A stretch of 64,000 nucleotides of DNA, taken from assembly GCA_963712745.1 (NCBI GenBank), contig CAVQJC010000011.1:1-64000 (forward strand), in the 5' to 3' direction. Shown one piece after another: positions 27,597-36,892 of the stretch. The position numbers and the translations under genes were made by a program. Position 1 is the first letter of the stretch; each line of letters begins with the position of its first letter. The stretch comes from an uncultured Chloroflexia bacterium. GTDB lineage: Bacteria; Chloroflexota; Limnocylindria; Limnocylindrales; CSP1-4. The notes beneath the pieces are model-generated. The model saw only the letters and a program-made list of their open reading frames with translations, searched no databases and was not told where the DNA came from.

Positions 27597-28931
27597 ATGG
27601 TCGAGGAGACCCGCGAGGTCATGAGCGCCGAGCAGATGTCGGAGCTCTCGAAGAAGCACACGATGTTCGACTGGGTGCCGCAGAACTCGGTCGTGCCCGT
27701 ACCCATCGAGTACGCCAAGGGCGTCTACATGTACACGCCCGACGGCAAGCGCTACCTCGACTTCAACAGCCAGCTGATGTCGGTCAACATCGGCCACGGC
27801 GACCAGCGCGTCATCGACGCCATCACGGCCCAGGCGCAGAAAGTCTGCTACGTCCACCCTTACACCGCGCACGAGCCGCGCGCTCGCCTGGGCAAGAAGC
27901 TGGCCGAGATCACGCCCGGAGACCTCGACGTCTGGTTCTTCACCAACGGCGGTGCCGAGGCCAACGAGAACGCCATCAAGATCGCGCGCCACTACACCGG
28001 CCGCCAGAAGATCCTCGCTCGCTACCGCTCGTACCACGGGGCCTCCGGCGCCACCATGGTGGCCACCGGCGACCCGCGTCGCTGGGGCGCCGAGACCGGT
28101 GTCAGCGGCATCGTCCGCGCGCCCGATTTCCACAAGTGGGGCAAGCCTGATCCAGAGCCCGTCGACGTGGCCTTGCGTGAGCTCGAAGACGTGATCATGT
28201 ACGAAGGTCCGCAGACCATCGCCGGCTTCATCATGGAGCCGATCGTCGGCACCAATGGCATCCTCATCCCGCCAGATGGCTACATGCAGGGCGTGCGCGA
28301 GATCTGCACCAAGCATGGGATCATGCTCATCGCCGACGAGGTCATGAGCGGTTTCGGCCGCACCGGCGAGTGGTTCGCGGTCGACCACTGGGGTGTCGTG
28401 CCCGACCTCATGTCCATCGCCAAGGGTCTGACCTCCTCCTACGTCCAGCTCGGCGCCGTGGGCATGAGCCGCAAGGTCGCCGACACCTGGGCCGACAAGC
28501 CCTTCATCGGCGGTCTCACCTACAACAGCCACGCGCTCGCCTGCGCCACGGCCCTCGCCGTCATCGACGTCTACGAGCAGGACGACCTCATCGACCGTGC
28601 CAGGCAGATGGGGACGGTCATGGCCGCGCACCATCGCCGCCTGGCGGAGAAGCACCCGAGCGTGGGCCGAACCCGCAGCCTGGGCCTCTTCGGCATCATC
28701 GAGCTGGTGCGCGACCGCGAGACGTACGAGCCGCTGGCCCCGTACAACGGCACCAGCGACGAGATGAAGGCCATCGGGGCCTATCTCAAGGAGCACGGCC
28801 TGTTCACCTTCCTGCGCTTCAACATGATCCATACCAACCCGCCGCTGACCATCAGCGAGGAGGAGATGGCCGAGGGCTTCGACATCATCGACGGCGCTCT
28901 CGACCTCGCCGACCGGGGCGTGCGCAGCTAG
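27597..28931 (+). CDS. Class III aminotransferase (taurine/beta-alanine-pyruvate type)
   Basis: DFNSQL, GGAEANE, SYHG, ADEVMSGFGRTG, AKGLT, GLTY. Confidence 0.9.
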   Translation: MVEETREVMSAEQMSELSKKHTMFDWVPQNSVVPVPIEYAKGVYMYTPDGKRYLDFNSQLMSVNIGHGDQRVIDAITAQAQKVCYVHPYTAHEPRARLGKKLAEITPGDLDVWFFTNGGAEANENAIKIARHYTGRQKILARYRSYHGASGATMVATGDPRRWGAETGVSGIVRAPDFHKWGKPDPEPVDVALRELEDVIMYEGPQTIAGFIMEPIVGTNGILIPPDGYMQGVREICTKHGIMLIADEVMSGFGRTGEWFAVDHWGVVPDLMSIAKGLTSSYVQLGAVGMSRKVADTWADKPFIGGLTYNSHALACATALAVIDVYEQDDLIDRARQMGTVMAAHHRRLAEKHPSVGRTRSLGLFGIIELVRDRETYEPLAPYNGTSDEMKAIGAYLKEHGLFTFLRFNMIHTNPPLTISEEEMAEGFDIIDGALDLADRGVRS

Positions 28932-28965
28932 CGTCGGAGCGGTCGATGACCGAAACAGGCGAACG

Positions 28966-30114
28966 ATGAGCGACGGGCGCGAGCAGGACCCGGCCAAGGG
29001 CATCCCCGAGGACCCCAAGGCGGTCGAGGAACAGCGGATCCCCATGCCCTACCGCGCGCTCGGGCCGAACACGTCGGCCTGGTCTCAGCCCGACGACCTG
29101 GAGCACGCGGAGGCCATCGAGGAGGCGCTCGATGTCGAGGGCACGGCCGACGAGCTGGCCAAGCAGTCGAGCGGAGGCGCCGAAGCCGTGGTCGGCCGCT
29201 GGAGCTCGCCGGTCGGCCGGTTCGCTCGCACCGTCCTGGCCTTCGTCGCGTTCTTCCTCATCGTGGCCCTGGTGTGGGAGCTGTTCAAGTGGCTCTTCGG
29301 CGATCCTTGGCGCTTCGAGAACGTGCTGGGAACCGGCTTCGACTACTTTCACGTGCCGCCCTTCGAGCTGCTGCAGGCCAGCGATCGCCAGCTACCACAC
29401 GTGTGGGACATCGCCTACGCCCTGACCGAACCGGTGCGCCGTAACGAGGAGACGACGCTGCTCGTCGACCTCCTGGGTGCGGCCTTCTCGACCTGGACGA
29501 TGGCCGTCATCGGCTTCGTCATCGGGGCGCTCATCGGCGTCGCGCTGGCCTCGATCTTCGTGCACTCGGCGCTCTCGGAGCGGGCAATCATGCCCTACGT
29601 CATCGCTAGCCAGGCCATCCCCATCGTGGCCCTCGCGCCCATCATCGTCGTGGCCGCCGGTCGCGGCAGCAGCGCAGTCGTGGTGATCGCCGTCTACCTC
29701 ACGTTCTTCCCGGTGACCGTGGCCCAGGCACGCGGCCTTCGGTCACCCGACCCGCGTTCGCTCGAATTGATGCGCTCGATGGCGGCATCGCGCTGGGATA
29801 TCTACCGCAAGGTGCGGCTGCCCGCGTCGTTGCCCTACCTCTTCACGGCGCTCAAGGTCGCGGCCGCAGCGGCGATCGTGGGCGCCATCGTGGGCGAGGG
29901 CCCGGGAGGCGTCCGTGACGGGCTCGGACGTGCACTCCTCAACTACAACCAGTACTACAGCTCCGGACCAGAGAAGCTGTGGGCCACGATCCTGATCGCG
30001 TCGCTCACCGGCATCTTCTTCTTCACCTGCGTCCGAATCGCCGAGATCATGACCCTTCGCCGGAGGCAGCGGACGCCCTCCTCTGGCGGGGCCAGCGGAA
30101 GCGCGTCGGCTTAG
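28966..30114 (+). CDS. NitT/TauT ABC permease
   Basis: QAIPIVALAP, RLPASLPYLFTALK, GAIVGE. Confidence 0.9.
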   Translation: MSDGREQDPAKGIPEDPKAVEEQRIPMPYRALGPNTSAWSQPDDLEHAEAIEEALDVEGTADELAKQSSGGAEAVVGRWSSPVGRFARTVLAFVAFFLIVALVWELFKWLFGDPWRFENVLGTGFDYFHVPPFELLQASDRQLPHVWDIAYALTEPVRRNEETTLLVDLLGAAFSTWTMAVIGFVIGALIGVALASIFVHSALSERAIMPYVIASQAIPIVALAPIIVVAAGRGSSAVVVIAVYLTFFPVTVAQARGLRSPDPRSLELMRSMAASRWDIYRKVRLPASLPYLFTALKVAAAAAIVGAIVGEGPGGVRDGLGRALLNYNQYYSSGPEKLWATILIASLTGIFFFTCVRIAEIMTLRRRQRTPSSGGASGSASA

Positions 30115-30119
30115 AGGGC

Positions 30120-30959
30120 ATGAGCATGGAGCAAGCTTCGGTCGCCGCCGTCAGCCTGAGGGACGTCGAGATGGTCTTCCCGGTCAAGGACGGGGAGCCC
30201 ACCATGGCTCTCACCGGCATCGACCTCGAGATCGGGCAGCAGGCGTTCATCTCGCTCATCGGGCCGTCGGGCTGCGGCAAGTCCACCCTGCTGCGGGTGG
30301 TCGCCGATCTCATCACGCCCACGGCCGGCGAGGTCACGATCAACGGGAAGAGCGCCCACCAGGCTCGTCTCGACCGCGACTACGGCATGGTCTTCCAGGC
30401 TCCGGTGCTGTTCGACTGGCGCACCGTGGAGGCCAACGTGCGGCTGCCCCTCGAGGTCACCGGCTATCCCAAGGGTCAACGTGATGCGCTCGTGCAGGAG
30501 AAGCTCGAGCTGGTGGAGCTGGGCGGCTTCGCTAGGCACTACCCGCACCAGCTGTCGGGCGGGATGCAGCAGCGGGTCTCCATCGCTCGCGCCCTCGCGC
30601 TCCAGCCCTCGCTGTTGCTGATGGATGAGCCCTTCGGCGCACTCGACGAGATGACCCGCGAGCGCCTCAACGCCGAGCTGCTCGACATCTGGCACGAGAC
30701 CGAGACCACCGTCGTCTTCGTGACCCACTCGATCCCTGAGGCTGTCTTCCTGTCCTCCCGCGTGGTGGTCATGAGCCCGCGCCCAGGACGCATCACGGAG
30801 ACCATCGAAATAGACCTGCCGTACCCGCGGGACGAGACGACGCGTGAGCTCGACCGCTACTACGAGCTGGTGACCGAGGTCCGCGAGTCTCTGCGTGGTC
30901 GGCCACGTGACGGTGGCGACTTGGCCACTCGTGCCCGCAGCGACGGTTCGTTCGGGTGA
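30120..30959 (+). CDS. NitT/TauT ABC ATP-binding protein
   Basis: [26 protein letters not shown]. Confidence 0.93.
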   Translation: MSMEQASVAAVSLRDVEMVFPVKDGEPTMALTGIDLEIGQQAFISLIGPSGCGKSTLLRVVADLITPTAGEVTINGKSAHQARLDRDYGMVFQAPVLFDWRTVEANVRLPLEVTGYPKGQRDALVQEKLELVELGGFARHYPHQLSGGMQQRVSIARALALQPSLLLMDEPFGALDEMTRERLNAELLDIWHETETTVVFVTHSIPEAVFLSSRVVVMSPRPGRITETIEIDLPYPRDETTRELDRYYELVTEVRESLRGRPRDGGDLATRARSDGSFG

Positions 30960-31777
30960 GCTCCGCCCAGCAGCCGGTCCAGCGCTCCTGGGTCTGGGAC
31001 AAGTCGGTTGATTGGGTCCGTCGCTATCTTCCGCCTGTCGTCGTCTTCGTGGCCGTGTTGGCCCTGTGGCAGCTCTACTTCACGAGCGACGCCATCTTCC
31101 GGCCCGTGCCGACGCCGACCGAGATCGCGCAGGCAACCGTCGACGACTGGAGCCGCCTCTCGAACGCGGCTCAGGCGACGCTTATCGAGGCGCTCGGCGG
31201 ACTGGTCATCGGCACGACAGGTGGTTTGGTCGTGGGCTTCATGACTGCCCGCTGGGCCGTCGCGCGGGACATCCTGCTGCCCTTGGCCATCGGGGCTGCG
31301 ACGATCCCGATCATCGCCGTCGCGCCCATCCTCAACAACTGGTTCGGTACTGTGAACCCACTCTCCAAGATGATGATGGCCGCGCTGCTGGTCTTCTTTC
31401 CCATCGTCATCAACGTCACCCGCGGACTGGTGGAGGTCGGCCCGGCGAAGTTGGAGCTGATGCGTTCCTACGCAGCGGACGACGGCACGGTGCTGCGCAA
31501 GTTGCGCGTGCCGCACATGCTGCCGTTCTTCTTCACGGCCCTGAAGGTGGGCACGACCCTGGCCTTCATCGGAGCCATCGTGGGCGAGTTCTTCGGCGGC
31601 AGCTCGCAGGTCTTGGGGCGCATCGTCATCCAGTCGATGAGCAAGGGTTCGTTCGACGTCGCCTGGGCGGCCATCATCCTCGGCGCCATCGCAGCCATCG
31701 TCTCGTACATCGCGGTCACGCTCGTGGAGCGGGCGGTCATCCCCTGGTACTTCCACCTGCACGACGATCCCGAGTAG
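30956..31777 (+). CDS. NitT/TauT ABC permease
   Basis: IPIIAVAP, LPFFFTALK, GAIVGE. Confidence 0.9.
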   Translation: MSSAQQPVQRSWVWDKSVDWVRRYLPPVVVFVAVLALWQLYFTSDAIFRPVPTPTEIAQATVDDWSRLSNAAQATLIEALGGLVIGTTGGLVVGFMTARWAVARDILLPLAIGAATIPIIAVAPILNNWFGTVNPLSKMMMAALLVFFPIVINVTRGLVEVGPAKLELMRSYAADDGTVLRKLRVPHMLPFFFTALKVGTTLAFIGAIVGEFFGGSSQVLGRIVIQSMSKGSFDVAWAAIILGAIAAIVSYIAVTLVERAVIPWYFHLHDDPE

Positions 31778-31959
31778 TCACCGGACCGGAACCGGCGCGG
31801 GTTCCGCAACCGTACCGCGGCGCGATGCAACCTGATCGCAGCCTTTACCCACTCGATTACTGGGTCTTTCTGCGCTATGGTTTCACCTTCCAGTAGAGGA
31901 GGGCACCCGTATTGGCCCGAAGGACGGGTCCGGGGTGTACCCGCAATCGAGGTGGGTGA

Positions 31960-33060
31960 ATGAGCAGGACACGTAACGTTGGCTTCTCCATCGGAGCCGC
32001 AGGACTGTTGGTCGCATCTTCGTTCGGCAGCGCCACGGCGCAGGACGACCTGACCGAAGTGAGCATGGTGCTCCAGTGGGTGCCCCAGGCACAGTTCGCG
32101 GGTTACTACGCAGCCGACGCACTTGGCTTCTGGGAGGAGCAGGGCCTCAAGGTCAACTTCATCGACGGCGGCCCGGAGGTCTTCCCGCAGGTGGAGGGCT
32201 CGCTGCCGGACGGTCCCGAGTTCGCCACGACATGGGTCCCGCGGGTGCTCGCCGTACGTGACGCGGGTCAGTCAGACCTGGTCAACATCGGCCAGGTCTT
32301 CCAGCGCTCGGCCACACTCTCGGCCTCGTGGGCCGACAACCCGGTAGCCTCGCCGGAGGAGTTCGCCGGCAAGACGGTCGGCGTATGGGGCGGTGGCAAC
32401 GAGCTGGAGGTCTTCGCCGCCGCTCTGGCGGCCGGACTGGAGCCCGACGTGGACTTCAGCACGGCCATCCAGAGCTTCAACATGGATCAGCTGCTCAACC
32501 GCGAGATCGACGTCGCCGAGGCGATGACCTACAACGAGTACGCGCAGTTGCTCGAAACCCCCAACCCCGCCACGGGTGAGCTGTACCAGCCCGAGGACTT
32601 CGTGATCATCGACTACAACGAGGTCGGTACCGCGATGCTCCAGGACGCGATCCACGCGCGCGCCAGCTGGCTTGCCGAGGAAGGCAATGAGGACATCGCC
32701 GTCCGCTTCCTCGCGGGCGCCTTCAAGGGCTGGGCGTTCTGCCGAGACAACCCCGACGACTGCGTCCAGATCACCTTCGACGCGGGCTCCGAGCTGGGCC
32801 TAGGCCACCAGCGCTGGCAGATGAACGAGATCAACCCGCTCATCTGGCCGTCGCCGGACGGGATCGGCGCCATGCCGCAGGACGAGTTCGACAAGACCGT
32901 GCAGATCGCGGTTGACTCCGGCTTCCTCGCTGCGGCCCCAGGCGAGGACTACGTGCGCACGGACCTGGCGGAGCAGGCGCGCGCGCTCCTGACCGACACC
33001 GACCTCACGGGTGAGGGGTTCGAGAAGGGTACTGTCGAAGTAACAGAGAACGGCGAGTAG
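31960..33060 (+). CDS. ABC substrate-binding protein (NMT1/THI5-like)
   Basis: Signal peptide; LQWVPQAQFAGYY; AMTYNE. Confidence 0.88.
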   Translation: MSRTRNVGFSIGAAGLLVASSFGSATAQDDLTEVSMVLQWVPQAQFAGYYAADALGFWEEQGLKVNFIDGGPEVFPQVEGSLPDGPEFATTWVPRVLAVRDAGQSDLVNIGQVFQRSATLSASWADNPVASPEEFAGKTVGVWGGGNELEVFAAALAAGLEPDVDFSTAIQSFNMDQLLNREIDVAEAMTYNEYAQLLETPNPATGELYQPEDFVIIDYNEVGTAMLQDAIHARASWLAEEGNEDIAVRFLAGAFKGWAFCRDNPDDCVQITFDAGSELGLGHQRWQMNEINPLIWPSPDGIGAMPQDEFDKTVQIAVDSGFLAAAPGEDYVRTDLAEQARALLTDTDLTGEGFEKGTVEVTENGE

Positions 33061-33101
33061 TCGCTCTTTCGCGGCCGCAAGGCCGCATGCCACTGAACGC
33101 C

Positions 33102-33130
33102 AAGGGCCGGTCCTTCGGGGCCGGCCCTTC
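33102..33130. terminator. Hairpin between convergent genes
   Basis: AAGGGCCGGTCC-TTC-GGGGCCGGCCCTT; GNRA hairpin at 33071-33086. Confidence 0.7.
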
Positions 33131-33202
33131 GTCATGGCTGGGGTCGCCGGCGTCGTCGGCTCCCTGGAGACCCCAGCCCCCGGACCGGCGCCCGTGATAC
33201 GG

Positions 33203-34249
33203 CTACGCGCGGCCGCGGACGAGGTCGCGGCCGGCGACCATGGCGGTCAGCTTGGGCTTCACGGCCCAGCGCGCGGTCTGGCTGAAGCCACAGTCGGGCA
33301 CGATCGAGAGCTGCGCCTCGGGTACGCCGGCCTCGAGCAGCCGGTCGATGCGCCAGGCCACGTCGTCGGCCGTCTCGAGGTAGTAGTTCTTGACGTCGAT
33401 GACGCCGGCGGACAGGTGCCGACCGGCAGCCGTGATGTCGGCCGCCACGTCCAGCTCTGCCATCTCGCGGTTGGCGAACTCGAGCACGAACTCGCTGACC
33501 TCGAAGGCGAGGGCCTGTCTGAGCACGGGCCGGTAGAGGCGCCGCGACAGCGGCCGGCCGAAGAAGTTGCCGAAGCAGAGGTGTGCCGCCAGCGCTACCC
33601 GGCCCTGCACCCGGGCGGCGGCGTCGTTGAAGAGCGCGGCGAACTCGTCAGAGGCCTCGGGATGGATGGCCGGGGAGGGCTCGTCGATCTGGATGTAGGT
33701 GGCACCAGCCTCGACCAGCCGCTCGAACTCGGTCGCCAGGATGGGCACGAAGGCGCGCGCAGCCGCGATGCGGTCGGAGTAGACCTCGTCGGCCCCGTAG
33801 GTCAGCCGGCCCGAGAGCGTGAATGGGCCGGGCACCGTCACCTTGATGGGCCGGTCGGTACGTGTGCGTGCGTACTCGAACTCCTCGACCACGCCCAGCC
33901 CGTCTGGCGCGGCGATGGCCTCGACCACCTTGAACCGGTGCTGCTGGTCGTGGCCGGCAGGCCCGAGCCGCCGCTGCGGATCGAGTGGCTCGACGCCCGT
34001 TAGGTGACGGTAGAACTCGGCCGTGAAGAAGCCCACCCGCCGCATCTCGCCTTCGGCCACGACATCGATCCCGGCATCCTCCTGGTCCCGCAGTGCCGTA
34101 TCGACCGCGTCGTCCTGGAATTCCCTGATGTCCCTGGGGCCGAGCTCGCCTCGCTCAGCAGCGGCGACCGCCAGCTCCAGCCAGCCTGGATGGGCGTGTG
34201 ATCCGCAGACCGAGGTGGCCAGGGCGGTGGGCTGATAGGGCTCGGCCAT
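33203..34249 (-). CDS. Cobalamin-independent methionine synthase-like (single-domain) enzyme
   Basis: GEMRR, PGPFTL, IQIDEP, HLCFGN, PDCG zinc ligands. Confidence 0.85.
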   Translation of the reverse strand: MAEPYQPTALATSVCGSHAHPGWLELAVAAAERGELGPRDIREFQDDAVDTALRDQEDAGIDVVAEGEMRRVGFFTAEFYRHLTGVEPLDPQRRLGPAGHDQQHRFKVVEAIAAPDGLGVVEEFEYARTRTDRPIKVTVPGPFTLSGRLTYGADEVYSDRIAAARAFVPILATEFERLVEAGATYIQIDEPSPAIHPEASDEFAALFNDAAARVQGRVALAAHLCFGNFFGRPLSRRLYRPVLRQALAFEVSEFVLEFANREMAELDVAADITAAGRHLSAGVIDVKNYYLETADDVAWRIDRLLEAGVPEAQLSIVPDCGFSQTARWAVKPKLTAMVAGRDLVRGRA

Positions 34250-34308
34250 GGGGTCCTCCTGGAGGTGGGGCGGTCGGTCGCACTGGTCGGCCCGTGCGCC
34301 GTGGGTGG

Positions 34309-35112
34309 CTACTCGCCGATCGGCAGCACCGACCAGCCGCCGTCGATGGTGATCGTCTGGCCCGTGACGGCGCGTGACTCCGATGAGAGAAGGTACACCG
34401 CCGCGTCGGCCACGTCCTCGGCCGGGATGAAGCCGCCGGACAGCGGCTGCTTTCGTCGCGAGAAATCCTGGGTGGCCTGGTCGGCAGCGGCGCGCTGGGA
34501 CATACGCGAAGTGGTCAGCGCCGGCGCGACCATGTTGACGCGGATGCCGCGAGGCGCGTAGTACGCGGCCGCGGTCGTGGTCAGCGCAGCCACGGCACCC
34601 TTGGCGCTGGCATAGGCGTGAGTGGCGAACAGCTCGGGCGCCGGCTGCGTGGCCAGCACCGAGCCCATGTTGACGATCGCTCCCCGCTGGCCATCGCCGT
34701 CCGGCACCTGCTCCAGCATCGCTCGCAGCACCGGCGCGCTCACGGTCACGTGGGTCGTGGCGTTGAGCCGCATGGTCGACTCGTACGCTTCCGGGCTCAG
34801 TTCATGCAGCGGCCCGTCGCCCATCCGCCGGCCGGAGCCGCCGGCCACGTTGAACAGGCCGTCCACGCGCTCGAGCAGGCCGATGGCACCGATGACTGCC
34901 TCCTGGGCCGCCGGCACGTCCACGAGGTCGGCGGTGATGGCGTGGGCCTGCCCTCCGGACGCCTCGATCTCCTGGGCCAGGGCCTCGCAGGAGGCGGCGG
35001 TTCGAGAGATGATGACCACCCGCGCGCCTTCCGCGGAGAAGCGGCGTGCCGATGCGGCCGCGATGCCGGTAGCGCCGGTGACGATGATGCCCCGGCCGGT
35101 GAGTCGATCCAT
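34309..35112 (-). CDS. SDR oxidoreductase
   Basis: TGATGIA, YASAK, IRVN, TGQTITIDGG. Confidence 0.9.
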   Translation of the reverse strand: MDRLTGRGIIVTGATGIAAASARRFSAEGARVVIISRTAASCEALAQEIEASGGQAHAITADLVDVPAAQEAVIGAIGLLERVDGLFNVAGGSGRRMGDGPLHELSPEAYESTMRLNATTHVTVSAPVLRAMLEQVPDGDGQRGAIVNMGSVLATQPAPELFATHAYASAKGAVAALTTTAAAYYAPRGIRVNMVAPALTTSRMSQRAAADQATQDFSRRKQPLSGGFIPAEDVADAAVYLLSSESRAVTGQTITIDGGWSVLPIGE

Positions 35113-35128
35113 GGGTCCGTTACCTCTG

Positions 35129-36100
35129 CTAGCGGTCGGTCATGCTGACCCTGATGTCGTCCTCGAGCGCGCTGGCCATCATGGGATCGATCGAGGCGGC
35201 GCTGATGGTGAGGGCGTTGGCCGAGCCGGCCGCCACACCCTTGCGCAGCGCGTCGCCTACGTCATCGTCGTGCATGAGGGCCAGCGACATGGCGGCATTG
35301 AAGGAATCCCCCGAGCCGACCGGGTTGATGGCGTTGACCCGGGGCACGTTCAGCCGCCAGATGGTGGTGGCATCGACGGCCACGACGTCGGCTGCCCCAT
35401 CGGTCACCACCGCCAGCCGTGCGCCGCGATCGGCGACGGCCACGGCAGCCTCCTCGCTGGTCGCTGCCCCCTCGACGATCCCGGCCTCGATCGCCTCCAC
35501 GCGCCCGATCTTGACGATGTCCGGCGCCGCCTCGAGAGCAGCTACGAGACCGTGCCCGGAGGCATCCACGAGCAGTGGCACATCCGCCCGGCGGCAGACC
35601 TCCACGATGGCGCCGTGACCGCTGACCTCCAGGCCTGACGGGATACTGCCGGCCACGACGGCCCGCGTGCAGGCGGGCAGGAGGCGCTCCTCGAGCAGGC
35701 GCAGGAAGGCACCGAACTCATCGTCGGTGGCGGGCGCCGGTCGTTCGTAGACCAGCACCGCCGCGCCCTCACCGTCGACCGTCACGTAGGTCGTCCGCGA
35801 CTCGGCCTTGGCGAACGACCAGTGTGGCTCGAGTCCTTCGGCCGAGAGTGCCTCTACCAGCCAACGACCGCTGTGGCCGCCGGCGACGCCGGTGGTGATG
35901 ACACGCCCGCCGAGCGCCACCGCGGCACGGGCGGCGTTTACCCCCTTGCCCCCGGGCAGCACGTGCAACTCCCGGGGCCGCAGCACCTTGCCCAGGACGA
36001 TGCGCTCAACGCGCGCGGTTCGGTCGACGGCCGGCGCCGGGGTGATGCACAGCAGCGCCGGCCGCGGATCGGGCCTCGTGTCGGCCGGCCCGACGTGCTC
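35129..36100 (-). CDS. PfkB-family hexose kinase (1-phosphofructokinase type); start uncertain
   Basis: Frame extends upstream to LLCITPAPAVDRT; PGGKGVN; NPVGSGDSF. Confidence 0.85.
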   Translation of the reverse strand, partial: EHVGPADTRPDPRPALLCITPAPAVDRTARVERIVLGKVLRPRELHVLPGGKGVNAARAAVALGGRVITTGVAGGHSGRWLVEALSAEGLEPHWSFAKAESRTTYVTVDGEGAAVLVYERPAPATDDEFGAFLRLLEERLLPACTRAVVAGSIPSGLEVSGHGAIVEVCRRADVPLLVDASGHGLVAALEAAPDIVKIGRVEAIEAGIVEGAATSEEAAVAVADRGARLAVVTDGAADVVAVDATTIWRLNVPRVNAINPVGSGDSFNAAMSLALMHDDDVGDALRKGVAAGSANALTISAASIDPMMASALEDDIRVSMTDR

Positions 36101-36129
36101 CAGCGGTCCTGACCGTGGTCGCTCCGTGG

Positions 36130-36768
36130 CTACAGCCCGGTCCCGAACTGGCGATCGCCGGCATCGCCTAGCCCGGGCTGGATGTAGCCCTTCTCGTTGA
36201 GCTGCCGGTCGAGCGCGGCACAGTACATGGGCACGTCCGGATGAGCCTCTGCCACTGCGGCCACGCCCTCAGGCGCGGCGATGAGGTTGACCAGCTTGAT
36301 GCGCTTGGCGCCCCAGTCCTTGAGCACCTCGATGGCGGCCGTGGCCGAACCGCCGGTGGCCAGCATGGGATCAAGGATGAGGCAGGTATCGACGGTGGTC
36401 TGGTCGGGCAGCTTGTTGTAGTACTCGACCGGCCGCAGCGTGCGCTCGTCGCGGAAGAGGCCCAGGTGCCAGACCTGCGACTCAGGGAAGAGCTCGAGGA
36501 AGGCGTCGACCATGCCCAGGCCGGCGCGGAGGATGGGAACGAGACCGAGACGTTCGGCCAGTTGGTGGCCCATCGTCAGCTCCAGCGGCGTCCGCACCTC
36601 GATCTCGTTGAGGGGTGTGTCGGCGAGGGCTTCGTAGCCCACCAGCCAGCTGATCTCGCGGACCAGCTCGCGGAACTTCTTGGGGTCGGTTCGCTCGTCG
36701 CGCAGCAGCGCCAGCTTGTGGAGCACTGCAGGATGCTTCGAGATGGACAGGTTGGGCTGGTCGGGCAC
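36130..36768 (-). CDS. upp: Uracil phosphoribosyltransferase
   Basis: VPILRAG, DPMLATGGS, YIQPGLGDAGDR. Confidence 0.96.
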   Translation of the reverse strand: MPDQPNLSISKHPAVLHKLALLRDERTDPKKFRELVREISWLVGYEALADTPLNEIEVRTPLELTMGHQLAERLGLVPILRAGLGMVDAFLELFPESQVWHLGLFRDERTLRPVEYYNKLPDQTTVDTCLILDPMLATGGSATAAIEVLKDWGAKRIKLVNLIAAPEGVAAVAEAHPDVPMYCAALDRQLNEKGYIQPGLGDAGDRQFGTGL

Positions 36769-36892
36769 GGCCGCCTCCAGGTGCGATCAGGATGGCGAGT
36801 CCCGATTCTAGGGCTATGTGTCGGTCAGGGTCACGCCGTTGCCCACGAGTCCGGCCCGCACCCCGCGTGCCCACCCGCGATACCATCGGCAC

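Noticed and set aside
31780-31960. TPP riboswitch before the NMT1/THI5-like gene
   Set aside because: CTGAGA and other TPP consensus elements are absent
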